Positions 31,408 to 48,866 of a DNA stretch of 64,000 bases are shown here, piece by piece (the first letter of the stretch is position 1; every line of letters starts with the position of its first letter). The position numbers were made by a program, and so were the translations under genes. The stretch lies in assembly GCF_009914755.1 (NCBI RefSeq), contig NC_060927.1; one strand, 5' to 3'. The stretch is from the human T2T-CHM13v2.0 reference genome, Homo sapiens. Under the pieces are notes generated by a model that worked only from the letters and a program-made list of their open reading frames with translations, was not told the origin of the DNA and ran no database searches.

Positions 31408-31595
31408 ACCAGGGGCTCTCGAAAGGTGGGCTCCAGGCAGCAGCACCAGTAGCACCTGGGAAATTGTTGGAAATGCAAATTCTTGGGCTCCACCCCAGAT
31501 CAACTTAATCGGACTCTCTGGGAGTAGGGCCCATCAATCTGTGTTTAACAAGTCCTCCAGGTGATTCCGATCCTAATCAAGTGTGAGCCCACTGT
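31408..31595. mobile_element. MER5A
   Basis: gcagcacc...aaatgcaaattcttgggc core. Confidence 0.78.
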
Positions 31596-32004
31596 CTAAT
31601 GCGGTGCATACCAAAGCAGGTGCACGGGTCTTAATCATCACCTCAGTCCTCTGAAACAGGCAAGTGTGTCCATTTTACAGAAGAAGGAACTAAGGCCTGG
31701 AAGGCAAGTCCTTGCCTGAGACTAAACAGAATCCCAGCAACATAGGACGAGGCTGGAATTCCCACACCTGGACTAATGCACAGCCAGTGTTTCAACGTCG
31801 CCAACCCAGAAATGTTTTCTCTCCCTGTCATGCTAATTTTCAGCCCTTTCTGGGTGACTTGTTCATCATCCAAATATATTATTTTTGTTTTGTTTGACTA
31901 AAGGCAATTATATTTACATTTTCTCTAAGTACTGGAATGTAATGGTTGAAATTCCTATTCAGTGATCTGGAAGAACTCTAATGTTCTAAAGTGATTCTTT
32001 GATA

Positions 32005-32010
32005 ATTAAA
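32005..32010 (+). terminator. BTD: Candidate distal BTD polyadenylation signal ATTAAA (~8-kb 3'UTR isoform)
   Basis: ATTAAA with upstream TGTA and downstream GT-rich sequence; consistent with my recollection of a long-UTR BTD transcript ending near here (unverified). Confidence 0.5.
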
Positions 32011-32211
32011 GAAAGATGTAATTATGTATAATGTGATTTGTAAGATAAGGTATAACTTTGGGGGTGTTCTAATTCTTTAAAAATTGTTGATCCGACTATG
32101 GATGTCTTGCAACTCTCAAAAAATCACGTGTGAAAGTTAAGCATTAGTTCCGTGTAAAATACTGTGCTAGAAATTGTGGAGGATGCAAAGTCACATAAGA
32201 CTGTTACTGTT

Positions 32212-32338
32212 TTTTAAAATTTATTTTTTAAAATAGAGACAGGGTTTCTCCATATTGGCCAGGCTGAATCTCAAGTGATCTGCCTGCTTTGGCCTCCCAA
32301 AGTGTTGGGATTACAGGCGTGAGCCACTGCGCCCGGCC
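32212..32338 (-). mobile_element. Alu left-arm monomer
   Basis: TSD aagactgttac. Confidence 0.85.
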
Positions 32339-32913
32339 AAGACTGTTACCTTTAGCGAGAGCTTATTATCACCTAGTGTTCATATAAACATGGGATTTAA
32401 ATACACACACAACCCCCAAAACAAATTGCTAAAAGATATTTGTGCAGATTTTATTTTTCCAAATGGCTACAACAGTATTTGAAGAACTAACAAGTTTAAA
32501 AATGTAAAAGGCCAGTAAGGCAACATTGGGCACTGGGGCAAGTGAAGGGGAGGGAAGGAGCATGGAGTCAGGGGAGAGGGCATTGGCTGGTTCTGCAGGC
32601 TCTGCAGGCTGGGGGAAGAGTTAGGGTTTATGTGGGCAGACAGCATTGCAGGGGATTAGGCAGGGGAATAACATGGTCATTTAAAATGATTCTTCTGGCT
32701 GATGACAGGTTTTCAGATGCTTCACCTCCTCCTAAGTCAGTCACACCTCATATCCAAGCCATGAGGACTCACTGAGGGGAATGTAATAAATAGCTATTTA
32801 AGGGAAAAATAACAATTAAAAAATCTATAATAGCAGTTTAAGGGACAAAAACCAAAACATTTCTTTGGAATTATTCATGTTAAGCTTAACATTTTCTAAT
32901 ATAGTCCTGCATC

Positions 32914-33348
<435 letters not shown>

Positions 33349-34074
33349 CTGCATCAGTTTTTAAAAGACATCAGACACGTCAAAGCCACAGGAGGAAAAG
33401 CCCCTACATTCATGCACAACAGAAAGGCTTTGTTTTCAGTAAACACGCACATCTTCAAAGAATGGTTGCAATCCAAATTGTTTAGTAACTATTAGAGGAA
33501 CAAAGAAGGCTGTGTCCTCTGAATTATAATGTGCATATCCTCTAAATTGCTGCATATTAGGGGTTGAAGCATGCTGGGAGTTTGACGTATGTAAGGAAAA
33601 TTATTAGGTTGATGGAATATAAAGATACTTATAATAAAAGCCAGTATTTTGGCATTTATAAATGAATCTGAAAAGGGTGAAGAACTTCATTGTTTTGCAA
33701 TTAATACCACAAAATGTGTCCCTTGTGTTCTACTGGCCCCTGAAAATTGTTTCAGATCTTTCCTTGGTGCAGTGTATATTGAATAGTAAAAGGGACATAT
33801 GTCACAAAACAGATTTATTCCTACAAATTTACATAAAAAATAAGAAGTGAAAAAATAAACCCAGATTTTGAATGCGCTGGCTTGGGAGCCCAGAGACCAG
33901 GCCTGGCTTGCTTTTAAATTGTTGTGTGACCTCAGCCATGTACCTGTGCCTCTCAAGGCCTAAGGTCCTCTCTCTGTAAAAGAGGGGACTACATGAGATG
34001 ATTTCAGCTCAAATATCCTTGGAGACTCTCATTGTTTTCTAGTTGTAAATTATGCTTTTTCTAATAGTAAATAA

Positions 34075-34435
<361 letters not shown>

Positions 34436-34439
34436 TAGA

Positions 34440-34962
34440 TGTAAGATACAATATATTTCTCTGAGTTTCTCTTTAAAGATTTAGCCTGCTAACTTCCTTG
34501 ACCTTTGTTTTCAAACCTCAACTTTTCTGTTCCTCCTTGCCCCTAGTTATTGTAAAATAGCCTACCCCCTTCCCATCAGTTCTAATCAATACCTCACATC
34601 TGTTGCCTTGGTTACCTGCACCCATTGTTCCCCTCAAACTGCATGTCTCACACACTTCACCACTGTACCTCACGTCCCCTTCCCCTCCATATTTAGAAAA
34701 ATATTTCCAAGTAGCCAGTCAGGTCAGCTCAGATTGCGCAGTCTGACCCCAGCTCATGCGGGAGGGACACAGAGGTAGGGATTGCATTAAGGATATAAAA
34801 ACTGCCTGGTCTCCTTTGTTCTTTGTGCTCTTGCAATCTTGATTGACTCAAGTGGCACCCTTCTGCAGAAGTAAATTGCCTTGCTGAGAAAACTTTTGCC
34901 TGAGTGCTGGTTTTACTTTGCGGCACTGAGCACTTATTCCTAGAGCATTTTTATATCCAACA
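34440..34962 (+). mobile_element. Intact ERV1 solo LTR, LTR10-like (523 bp)
   Basis: TG...CA ends, perfect 4-bp TSD TAGA (34436-34439, 34963-34966), TATAAAA at 34794, AGTAAA at 34870. Confidence 0.85.
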
Positions 34963-35189
34963 TAGAATATTTTATAAAACAAAAACAAAGACTCAATTTG
35001 TAATATGAATCCTCTCCCTCCTGGCTGGAGGCTAGCCACCCCCTCCCAACTCATTCATTTGTTTAATATGTTTAGATTTTCTTAATCAGTGTTGTGATTA
35101 TCTATTGCTAAGTGCATAAGTGTCACTTCATTTCATTAAGTTCCACTAACTTAAGTTTCACTAAGTTCCACTTAGTTTCTAAGTTTCAA

Positions 35190-35642
35190 CTATGAAACTT
35201 AATGGCTTGAACAGCCATTTTATTTTGCTCATGAATTTGGGAAGGACTCAGTTATGCAGCCCACCTCTTTCTGGCCGGAGTGGTGGGGGATGGAGAACCC
35301 ACTTCCAGGGTAGTTTCTCCACTCAGGTCCCTGGCACATTGACAGGGCAGCTGGAAGGCTCCTCTGGGCCTCTCCATGTGGTCTTTCAGCATGCTGGTCT
35401 GAGGATAGTCAGACTTCTAACAAGACATCTCAGGTTTCCCAGACAGGGTATTATAAGAGACAGGAAGAGGAAGCTGCCAATTTCTTAAAGCTGTGGCCAG
35501 AAACAGGCACAGTGGCACTTCTGCCATATTCTATCAGTAAAGTTGCTACAGCACCCTTCTAGATTCAAGGAGAGGAAATACAGAGCCCACTCATCAGTGG
35601 GAGGAGTGTAAAAGAATTTGTGGCTATTTAAAGTCTACCTCA
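35190..35642 (-). mobile_element. Old MLT1 LTR
   Basis: aaacttaatggcttg...cagtggcacttctgccatattcta MaLR motifs. Confidence 0.65.
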
Positions 35643-36131
35643 AAGTAGGCTGCTGTACTGATGTCAGTTTTTATTTATTGAGTGCTTAGCAGGCATAGTA
35701 GCTCCTTGAATCTTTCCAATAACTCTGTAAGATAGATATCTTTATTAATCCCATTTTACAGATGAAGAAACTGAGACACAGAGAGGCTGAACAACTGGCT
35801 CAATGCCCCCCAGAGCTGTTGTGAGCTAGGTTTTGAACATAAGCAGTTTGTACATGGGAAATTAATGAGCTAATTAGGCTATTTATTATCATAACTTCAT
35901 GTAATTATTACAGCAATGGTAAGGCACATTACAAGCACTATGCAAGTAAGTAGCCTTTCCATATTCCAGGTAAGCACCCTTCTTGGGTGGGGATGGTCCC
36001 AGCTGCTTTTTTGCTGTGGGCTCAGAAGATTGTGCCTATGGGTGAGTGATGGACTGTTCGAGGGCACCTTCCACAGGAATCTTTGTCAGTTTCTCTAGGC
36101 ATGAATCTTGCAAACAATATAAAAGTCTTCA

Positions 36132-36581
<450 letters not shown>

Positions 36582-38059
36582 CTATGGACAAGTTACAGAT
36601 GGCACAGCTAACAAAGCCCTGTTCTGCGTGGAACATGTGTTTCAGCCCCCTGATGGCTATTACCTGGTTAGTGAGAGAATATCTCTTTCCAGCACCTGTT
36701 AATTGAGTGACGCCATGCTGCCCCACAGGGACAATGGAACGTTTGGGTGCCATGGAAATTAGTACCAAGGCAATCTTGCCAGGCACTCGGGTATAGCCTT
36801 TGTACATGTAGCCCACTTTTATCTTGCCCAAACTTCAGACCGATTTTTTTTTTAAACCGGATATTCAGAGTGAGTCAAACCCCTTTAATCCAAGATCCCC
36901 TAACAACACAGAGTGGAAGCTACCCTGCCCAATAGCAAGGCTGCTTGACACTTTGAGGAACTGAGCTCAGTCCTCCCAGGCAAGGCACACCTTCAATGCT
37001 ACCTTATCCCTTTAGTTTTCCCTGACTCTTCTGGGAAAACGAACTGCTCTCCAATCTGTATTCAATGCATTCCTCTAGAATAGCTTATTGAGTACTTACT
37101 ATGTCACTCTCTTTCTGCAGAATACTTTTGGGAATCAACTCATCTCATTTATACCAGAACCCTGGAGTCTTCCCATTCACATTTGACAGAGTCGATGAAA
37201 ACTCAGGAAGGTTATGTAACTTGCCAAAAATCATACAGGTTGTCCTGTCTGCCTCAAAAGTCCACAAATTTGACCACACAGCCCTGCTGCCTCCCACTGA
37301 TCACAGGGGGCTCTATGTATCTGTCCCCATGTCCAGTTCCCCATCAGGTTGTAAACTCCATTAGGCCTGGGGCTGGTGCTGAGCAAGGCTCCCAGGACCT
37401 AGTACATTCTCAGTAAATGCTTGAATCAAGTTTATAAAGGTTGAGGGCATCTCCAGGGCTCTATGGGCCCAAGAATCCTAACTCAAAATTAGTATATCTC
37501 ACACACCTACTCTAGGAAGCATAATGACCTAGGGTTCCTGGTGCAGTTTGAAATCCATTGCTGTGCTTATAATGAAGGTCGTGCTTCCACACATGGCTTC
37601 TCATCCATGACTGAGTGTGGGGGGGATAATAAGGCAGATCCATGCCTGGGAAGGGGGGCACTCTAGGTCAGTGGCTCACTTCAGTTCAAAGACTCCCAAG
37701 TGCTTTGCCAAATGTTCATTAGACACACATGGCAGGTAGGATGTTCCCACTCAACCTTTGATCTTAATCTCCTTCACTGGGGTTAGACTTGCATTGTGGT
37801 TTGACAGCTTTCCAGCCACCCCTGGCTCCATCATCTCTATTTCCTTTCACATAGGCGCTTTGTCTAGTAAAATTCTTGCATGTTTAAAACTGTCTTGACA
37901 TCTGCTTTTTGGAGGACCCAGACTAACAGAGTTAATATTTCAATTTTTTATTCGTTTCCTTATCATTAACGACTTCTATTCACTCTAAGATTACCATGTA
38001 GATTAGGGAACTGAATGTCAGAGCAGCAAATCCCTCTTTTCTAAGATGCCTTTCAGGAG

Positions 38060-38560
38060 TGTGTCCCACATACTAGGCAGTGTGCCAAGTCCTTTATATG
38101 CAGTCTTCCCTTCAATCTCCAACAGTGCTGTGAGATCAGTAGGATGACTTTCCTTTTATCCTATGATAGGTCATCCTACTAATGACTGTCCTATCATTTC
38201 ATAGATAGGACATCTGAGGTTCAGGGAGGTTTAATTATTTGCCCAAAGGTCACACAGCCAAAAAGTGACAGCGTTCAGATTCTAGACTGTTTATTATTTC
38301 ATTTAATTCTTCTCATAAACCCAATGGAAAATATAAGCAAGAATAAGAAAAGCTAACACTCACTGGACGCTTAGGTGTCAGGCACTTCCCATGTATGTTT
38401 TCATTTAATTCCTACCACAACCCCATGAGGGAGGTACTATGGTCCTCATTTCACAGACAAGAAAACTGTGGTGGGGAGAAGTTAGGAGATTTGCCCAGGG
38501 TCACCCAGCTAGGAAGTGGCAGAGCCAGAATTCCTGCTGGGACCAACTGGCTCCAAGAGC
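38060..38560. mobile_element. Two MIR elements
   Basis: atttcacaga...aaactg...ttgcccagggtcac core. Confidence 0.7.
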
Positions 38561-39059
38561 CCATGTGCTCCCTCCTTCTTGCCTCCCACTCGTGGCAATA
38601 CTGTCCCAGCCATACGGAAAGGTGCTTTACCTTAGCTGCTAGTCATGTGGTTTTCTCTGCATCCATTGCTACCCATGAAGGGAATTACAACTCAGGAAAA
38701 CTGACCTTTTCCACTTCTGATTCGACTCCAGACACAGGTCTAGTCTTGTTTCAGAACCCTCTGCTTTTCATTTCATTTGAATCCATGTTAAAACACAATA
38801 GCCTACATATCCAATGTCTTACAATTGAACACTAAGAAGCCACCAAGGATCACATTTATTGTGTTTATATACAATGTGTTGACACAGAAATTTACAGCAA
38901 ATAAAAAATTTACAAACCGGACATATGACTCCATTTAAAAATGACTCATATTCATAGTTATAGATTTGGAAAATATAAAACCAATTTATGTGTTTATGAT
39001 CTCTTAGTGGCAAGTTTACAGGTGGTTTTGTTTAAAGTATCATACAGAGTAACTTTGCT

Positions 39060-42630
<3,571 letters not shown>

Positions 42631-43119
42631 AAATAATGGAGAATGAGGTTTTGAAAGAGCTCTAGCTTTGTTTTGTTCCTTCTGGTGGCTGCTAGGCTGC
42701 AACAGGAATGTGGGCTGTTAGTTTTCAGGGCTTCTACAGCTGAACAGTGAAAAAGGCAACTAATCCAAGTTAAAACATGACCAAGGCTGTTGGTCTTAGG
42801 TAGATTCAGTAGTTTTTCTTGAACTAAATGCTCCTGAGATTGCTGACAGCCTTTAATTTTCAGACTTCTAAACAGTCGATTCTGAGAAATTTTGCCAGTT
42901 TTATCACGGCTCTTATGAAGCAGCTAATTTTCGGAGGTCATTCCTCTTGCCATTTTCACTGACATCATTTAGCAAAAGCTTTTTGACCATTTGGGCTTTA
43001 AAGATGAAAATTTATGTTGGCTTCCATGAAGGGATTTAAAAAAAAAGATGAAAATTTAATTTTTCTTAAAGAAGGGTAAAGAGAAAGAAATATAAGATTA
43101 AATTACTATTTTTTTCAAT

Positions 43120-43325
43120 GAAAACACATGGACACAAAGAGGGGAACAGACACTAGGGCCCACTTGAGGGTGAAAGGTGGCAAGAGGAAGACTGTTCAAA
43201 AAACTACCTATTAAGTACGACGCCTATTACCTGGGTGATGAAATAATCTGTACACTAACCCCCCACGGCATGCAGTTTACCTATATAACAAACCTGCACA
43301 TGTTCCCTTGATCATAAAATGTTTT
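43120..43325 (+). mobile_element. L1P 3' end fragment
   Basis: acacatggacac...tacctatataacaaacctgcacatg L1PA 3'UTR motifs. Confidence 0.82.
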
Positions 43326-44604
43326 AAAAAATTAGTTTCAAATTAAGGAAATATTTCTTTTCTAATTAAGCTAGTAGACAGGTATTTCAATTCTAATTAA
43401 GATAGTAGACAAGTAAGAGTCATAGGGGAAAGGGGAATGAGACAACCACAAGGAAATGAGAAGTAACACAAAAAGAGGAATGAAGCAGAGAAATGGAGAC
43501 ATTTTTTAAGTGCTGGAGAGGGAGAGATGGAGAACTGATCTAGAAGGGAGAGCACTAGATATCAGCATTTTTTGTCTTAAAAGTAGTCACTAGCCAAGCT
43601 TTCCTATCTTCTTTCAGATTAGGTTGTGCTTTGAAAGGGATGAACACAGTTAACACACCAGAGAGGGGACTGGTGCTACATTCTTCTGGAGACTGAAGTA
43701 GGGAAGAGGTTGGTTTTCTACCTTTGAAAAAGGGCAGATCCACCAACCAACCAATCAGTAGCACTGCCAAGCAAGAACTTTCCAACTCAAAATACATGTT
43801 TGTTGCCCAGTTTTATATCTGGACTACCCACACTGTAAGGGTACCACAAAAAGAGAAGGAACAGGAACAAAGGAAAGGCTACCAAGCATTCCCATGGAAA
43901 AGTTGAAACAGCAACAAATCGGTTGGCATCACTTTGGCCTAACTGTGGAAATGGAACCCAAACTATACTCCCCAAAATGGCAGAGAATACTGCCCCATCC
44001 CACGGAGGTAGGGCGTGGCCACGATTTGTTATGGCCAGTGGAGTGTTGGCAGATGTGATGCACGCAGAAGGCACAAACCATACTTGTGTGGTTGGGCTTG
44101 CCTTCTTGTGCTTCTACCATCAGTGTGGAAACTTCTGTATAACTTTTCTATTTTAGCCCAGGCCCAAGAATGAACATAGATGGGAGCAACTGGAAGCACA
44201 ACTCACAGCAGGTAGTAAAGCCCAGCCAGAGACCCAGCTTGAAGCAGTCACCCACACAAGCTGATGTCAGCCAATCTGCAGAGGCATGAGTAAGAGTGAT
44301 TAAACAACTTAGATTTGGGGTGGTTAGGTGGCAACAGCAACTGAAATGTAAGAAGACATCATTCTTTTAGGATCCACTCCTGAGGGCAAACTATGTTACC
44401 TCCCCCTTTACTGCTGTATGCCAAGAGCCTAGCACAGTTCCTGGCACATAGCAGGTGTTCAATAAACACCTGTTGCAGTCAGATTTACATGTTTCTCCTA
44501 AAAATAATCTAGGAGAACAAAATGAGGGGAACTTACATAATTTAGTATTCAGTGTGTGTCTCAACTTCAAAATCAACAATTTCAACAAAGACCAGATTGC
44601 ACGT

Positions 44605-44860
44605 CAGCAGTCATTAGGGGGTTAAGAGCACCGACAATGGACATGACTGCCTGGATTTGAATCTAGGCTTCACAAATTACCAGCCAGGTGACCTTGGGCA
44701 AACACTACTTCATCTCCCCCTCTTTCCTCATCTGTTAAATGGTGCTATAAATAGTACCTACCACGTAGAACAGTTGTGTGGGTTAAGAGATAATTTATTT
44801 CAAGTACTTACAACCTTGCCTGGTACATGATAAATGCTGCATAGGCATTTTCTATTATTA
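44605..44860 (+). mobile_element. MIR
   Basis: gtgaccttgggcaa...tttcctcatctgttaaatgg core. Confidence 0.78.
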
Positions 44861-45563
44861 TTACCTGCATAAAGACCACTTTGAGAAAGGTTATTAAAGC
44901 CCTCTTCACCTGTTCCTCCCATCGCCTATTTATATCTACTTGTTCTCACTTCTATTATCTAATCTTGTACGTGTTTCCAATTAGCTCTCTTGTATATTTT
45001 CATCTTTCCATGCTCAGGATTGCTAAGTGCCAATATATCTACTCTATCCCAGAGCGCCCCTCCACCAACTCCACCAACCATTTAAAGAGCTGCTGATTTT
45101 GTTCTTTTCACATAGGGTTTGCACCCTTCTCCATCTGTTCAAATCTGATTCTCAATGTCCGCACCTAGTCTTCCATGACGCCTGTTCTGATCTTCCCTCC
45201 CAATGTGATCTTATTCTGTACCTTTTATCAATTAATCTCTACCTCAATTACACTTTTATTACTTTCTACTTATACCTTTCCACAATGAAATTAATTGTAA
45301 GCTCCTAAAGGACAAGATCACAATTTCTTGGTTTTCTGCCCATTCCCACTCCCAAGTATACAGCAGGCAAGCAGTATTTGTTGAATAAATATATTTGAAA
45401 ATCCCATATAGATAGGTTCATTTAAGTCTAAAACAACTTTGCTAAAAAGTCATTTTTTTATTAGAAAAGGAAAAAAAACTTGTCAATTCAATGCTAGACA
45501 GTTTAAGGGAAAAGAAGTTTGCATGTAAAAGAGACAGACACTTGATTTATTGCATTAAAAAAC

Positions 45564-45569
45564 TTTATT
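45564..45569 (-). terminator. ANKRD28: Distal ANKRD28 polyadenylation signal AATAAA (second copy at 45546-45551)
   Basis: TTTATT twice on +; T/GT-rich sequence downstream on the - strand. Confidence 0.8.
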
Positions 45570-46369
45570 TCTTTTAAAAGGTCCAATATAAGCCAAATTA
45601 ACCCCAAAATTTACAGCTACACTTAGAGATCTCCTGAACTAAATGGCATTGTTTGAGATGAGTGTCTTGTTAAAGGAGGTCATTTGCTATTACCACCATT
45701 TCACCCAAAGTAGTTCTAGAGCAGAAGCTGGTATTATAATACACATCAGATATTTCAGATGTCATCTTTTATGTATAAGTTAAATAAAGCAAACAGGCTT
45801 TTCTACTCTGTGTGAGGATAAGAAACACTACAGAACAGGGCCTGAATGCTTTAGACATACAAGGTGTAACCATAAAGGAAATTTCTACGGTGCTGTGTTC
45901 ATTCATTCAAGTAATTAATGTACTTATTCCAACAATACTGGCGTAGTTCAAATACCATTTGAGACAGTACTTTGGGGTTTCCCTTCATTGGGTGCAGACC
46001 AAAGGAAGTGGTTAAGCTGGGGGGCAGACTCTCACAGATGGATTACAAAAGTAATGAAATAGTTTTCTTAGTGGGGTGGCATTCGCAAGAACTACCTTAA
46101 TGTTTTTGGTAACAGCATCATTTACATATAAGTGATGCAGGATAGAAGTTCTGGTGTATGTGATAAATTAAAAACAGCTTGTCACTTTATAGCTACACCT
46201 TGGATTTCATTAGATGTGGTAAATCTAATAGTGTGTCAAATGAGTCCTTCTGGAAATCACTTCAGCAGAGAAGTCAAACAGCCTGTAAAAGAGAAGACAT
46301 GGCAGAATGTGCGAGATTCATCCTTCCAACATTCTCAGGGTTCTCTTGGAGGACAGACCCAGGCCCAAA

Positions 46370-46583
46370 GACAGAAGTTACCGGGAGGGAGGCTTCAACT
46401 CCATCTAAGGAAGACCTTTCTAACAGTTAGAGCTGCTCAACAACTGAATGGACTGCTTGGTGAGGTAGAGTCACTTGGAAGTGTTCAAGGTGGAAAGATC
46501 ACCCTTGTAGAAGGGACTCCTGCATTTGTTAAGAGGTTAGAGACTGGATGAACCTCAGGTCTCTTTCAATTCTGAGATTCTAG
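46370..46583 (+). mobile_element. L3/CR1 3' end embedded antisense in the ANKRD28 3'UTR
   Basis: Translation GRLQLHLRKTFLTVRAAQQLNGL resembles the CR1 ORF2 C-terminus; ends ttctgagattcta. Confidence 0.75.
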
Positions 46584-48579
46584 AAAATTCCCTCAGGGAA
46601 TTCAGAAGAGAATTCCTAAAAGGAAAGAGAAAGCACACATATGTATACTTTTAGAATCTGCTTGATTTTTTTTTTTTTCAAAAGGTACAATAGAAAATGT
46701 AGTCCACTGTCATTAAAATGCATATTCACCTTCCTACTACTAATAATTAGGAAGGGTTCATTATGACTTCTTTATATTATAAAGAAAAGATGGGGGATTA
46801 GATTTATAATTTCTGTAAATATTTTAGAAAAAATGCTTAAAATCTAGTAGTCAATGCCCTAGAAACTTTATAGATTTGTAGATAATATGCACAGATACAA
46901 ATACATTATTCATTAAATACAACTCACATCTGTGTTTTATTATACTCTAAAATATACAGGAATCTTGATGTACTGAAAGAGTGCAAGTAAATACAGTATT
47001 CAAGCAGTCACTATTTCTATGTACATGCTCATTAATTCTTCAAAAAACCCACAAAATTATCAAATAGATCAAAATACTGTTCTGTGTTTTCACACTTTAT
47101 ATTCAGAAAAACCAGCTGATAATTTACAATGTCATAAAGTTTCCAGTTTCACAATACAAAAAGGATAAAATGAAATTGGGTATCATTTTGTTGCAATTTA
47201 TAGAACTTTACCCATACCTGTAAGACCCTCAATGTATATGAAATCATTTTCACTGGGAAAGTGACAGTTACAGTAAAAGCAGAACCACACAAATCTTTAT
47301 TTAAAAGCCGAAATATCAGCCTTCTCTCTCTCTTTTGCTATTTGAAAGGTAGTCTTCAATTTGGCAGGCAACTGCTTCTCTCTCCAAATAGTAACAGGTT
47401 ACAAACATGCTACTTTAAATATGAATAGGACCTAAGGCTTTAGTATTTTAAATCTTGCCCAATACAGAAATGCCTTTCAAGAGACTTTAGTGATGCTTAA
47501 TTTATGAACAACAAGGAATTATTTTCCTTTTGATTATTCACTTTTTCAAAACTCATAGATCAGAATAAACAAAAAATCCCCCAACCCATGGTGGGGACAC
47601 AAAAGTAACATAAGTGACTAAGGTGTGCCATTCATAGAGAGGTTGAAGACTCCATGCCCCAGGACCACTTAGCTGCAATAGGGTGAAATAGTCTACTTTT
47701 TGATTTCATGAATTTTTTTCTAGGAAATTCTTTACATTTTCAAACAAAAATAGTACTATTTTAAACCCAAACCATTCAAAACAGGGCAACAGCCTGACCC
47801 CAATCCATCTCAATGTCTATGTCACAAGTATTTTCACCCGTATTGCACCCAGTCAGCTGGTTTTTAATTCTAATAGTATAAAAATTGGAAATTTGAAATA
47901 GTTCTGTAAAAGAAAAAAATGTAAAAATACATCTGCTTTCTCTCATGGTTTAATACAGCATTGGAAGGCTTTCAGATGTTTTCTTAAAAAAAAAACAAAA
48001 CCCAAAAAAACTCAACATTTAAAACCAAATCTCAGCTTCATTTCCAGAAATATTGCAGTTTGGTTTAGGTAATGTTTCATTTAATCTACTCCAGTTTCCA
48101 CAAAATGGCATTTTATTAAAAAAACCTTTCAGTTATTTGGTCCTTTTGCAATTTGCTGTGCACATAATGCCTACTGTACCAAACTTTTATTGCCTTTAAA
48201 TTTAGTTGTAATTTTATTGATAAAATTTAAATCTAGTGTCTTTATTTCTTCTGTTACAATAGTGTTGCTTGTGTAAGCAGGTTAGAGTGCACAGTGTCCC
48301 CAATTGTTCCTGGCACTGCAAAACCAAATTAAACAATTCCACAAAGAATTCTGACATCAATGTGTTTTCCTCAGTCAGGTCTATTTCAAGATTCTAGAAG
48401 TTCCTTTTGTAAAACTTGCCTTTAAAACTCTTCCTCCTAATGCCATCAGATCTCTTAACATTGGCTCACTGTGGGATCTTTCCTCTTAGGTTGAATTTCT
48501 ACGTGAATATCAAAGTGCCTTTTTCCTGAAAAAGCACAGTTTGAAGCTTTACTGTGAGAACTCCCTCCTCCTCAGCCTC

Positions 48580-48866
48580 TCAGTAGGTCTCAGAATCGGA
48601 GTCGTTGAGCTCATCCACGTCAGTGTATAAGTACTCCTGTTCCCCTCCAATGTTATTGAAACTGCAATAGGAGCTAGGTTCATTCCTCATGATGGGCAAA
48701 GCTTCAAAGCTGACTGTTTTTGAGGTGTTGGTATAACGGTTAATGGCATTGAATGTTAAGGATGATAAAGGACTACTTGATGAGACAGGCATCATGGTGG
48801 CCAAAATGAGAGCCAGGCAATCAGCCACATCCTTATTGGGAGCACAGGCCAAAGCTGGGGTATAGC
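48580..48866 (-). CDS. ANKRD28: ANKRD28 last exon coding part, [25 protein letters not shown]...SKTVSF...NDSDSETY*
   Basis: Acceptor aattctAG|GC, TGA at 48580-48582. The eight exons total 1083 nt (360 aa + stop) with all phases compatible. Confidence 0.97.

Larger units (their letters stand above)
45546..48579 (-). other. ANKRD28: ANKRD28 3'UTR (~3 kb, AT-rich, nearly repeat-free)
   Basis: Runs from the stop codon to tandem minus-strand AATAAA at 45564-45569 and 45546-45551. Confidence 0.8.

Noticed and set aside
46132-46551. 139-aa ORF antisense to the ANKRD28 UTR
   Set aside because: Explained by the CR1/L3 relic.
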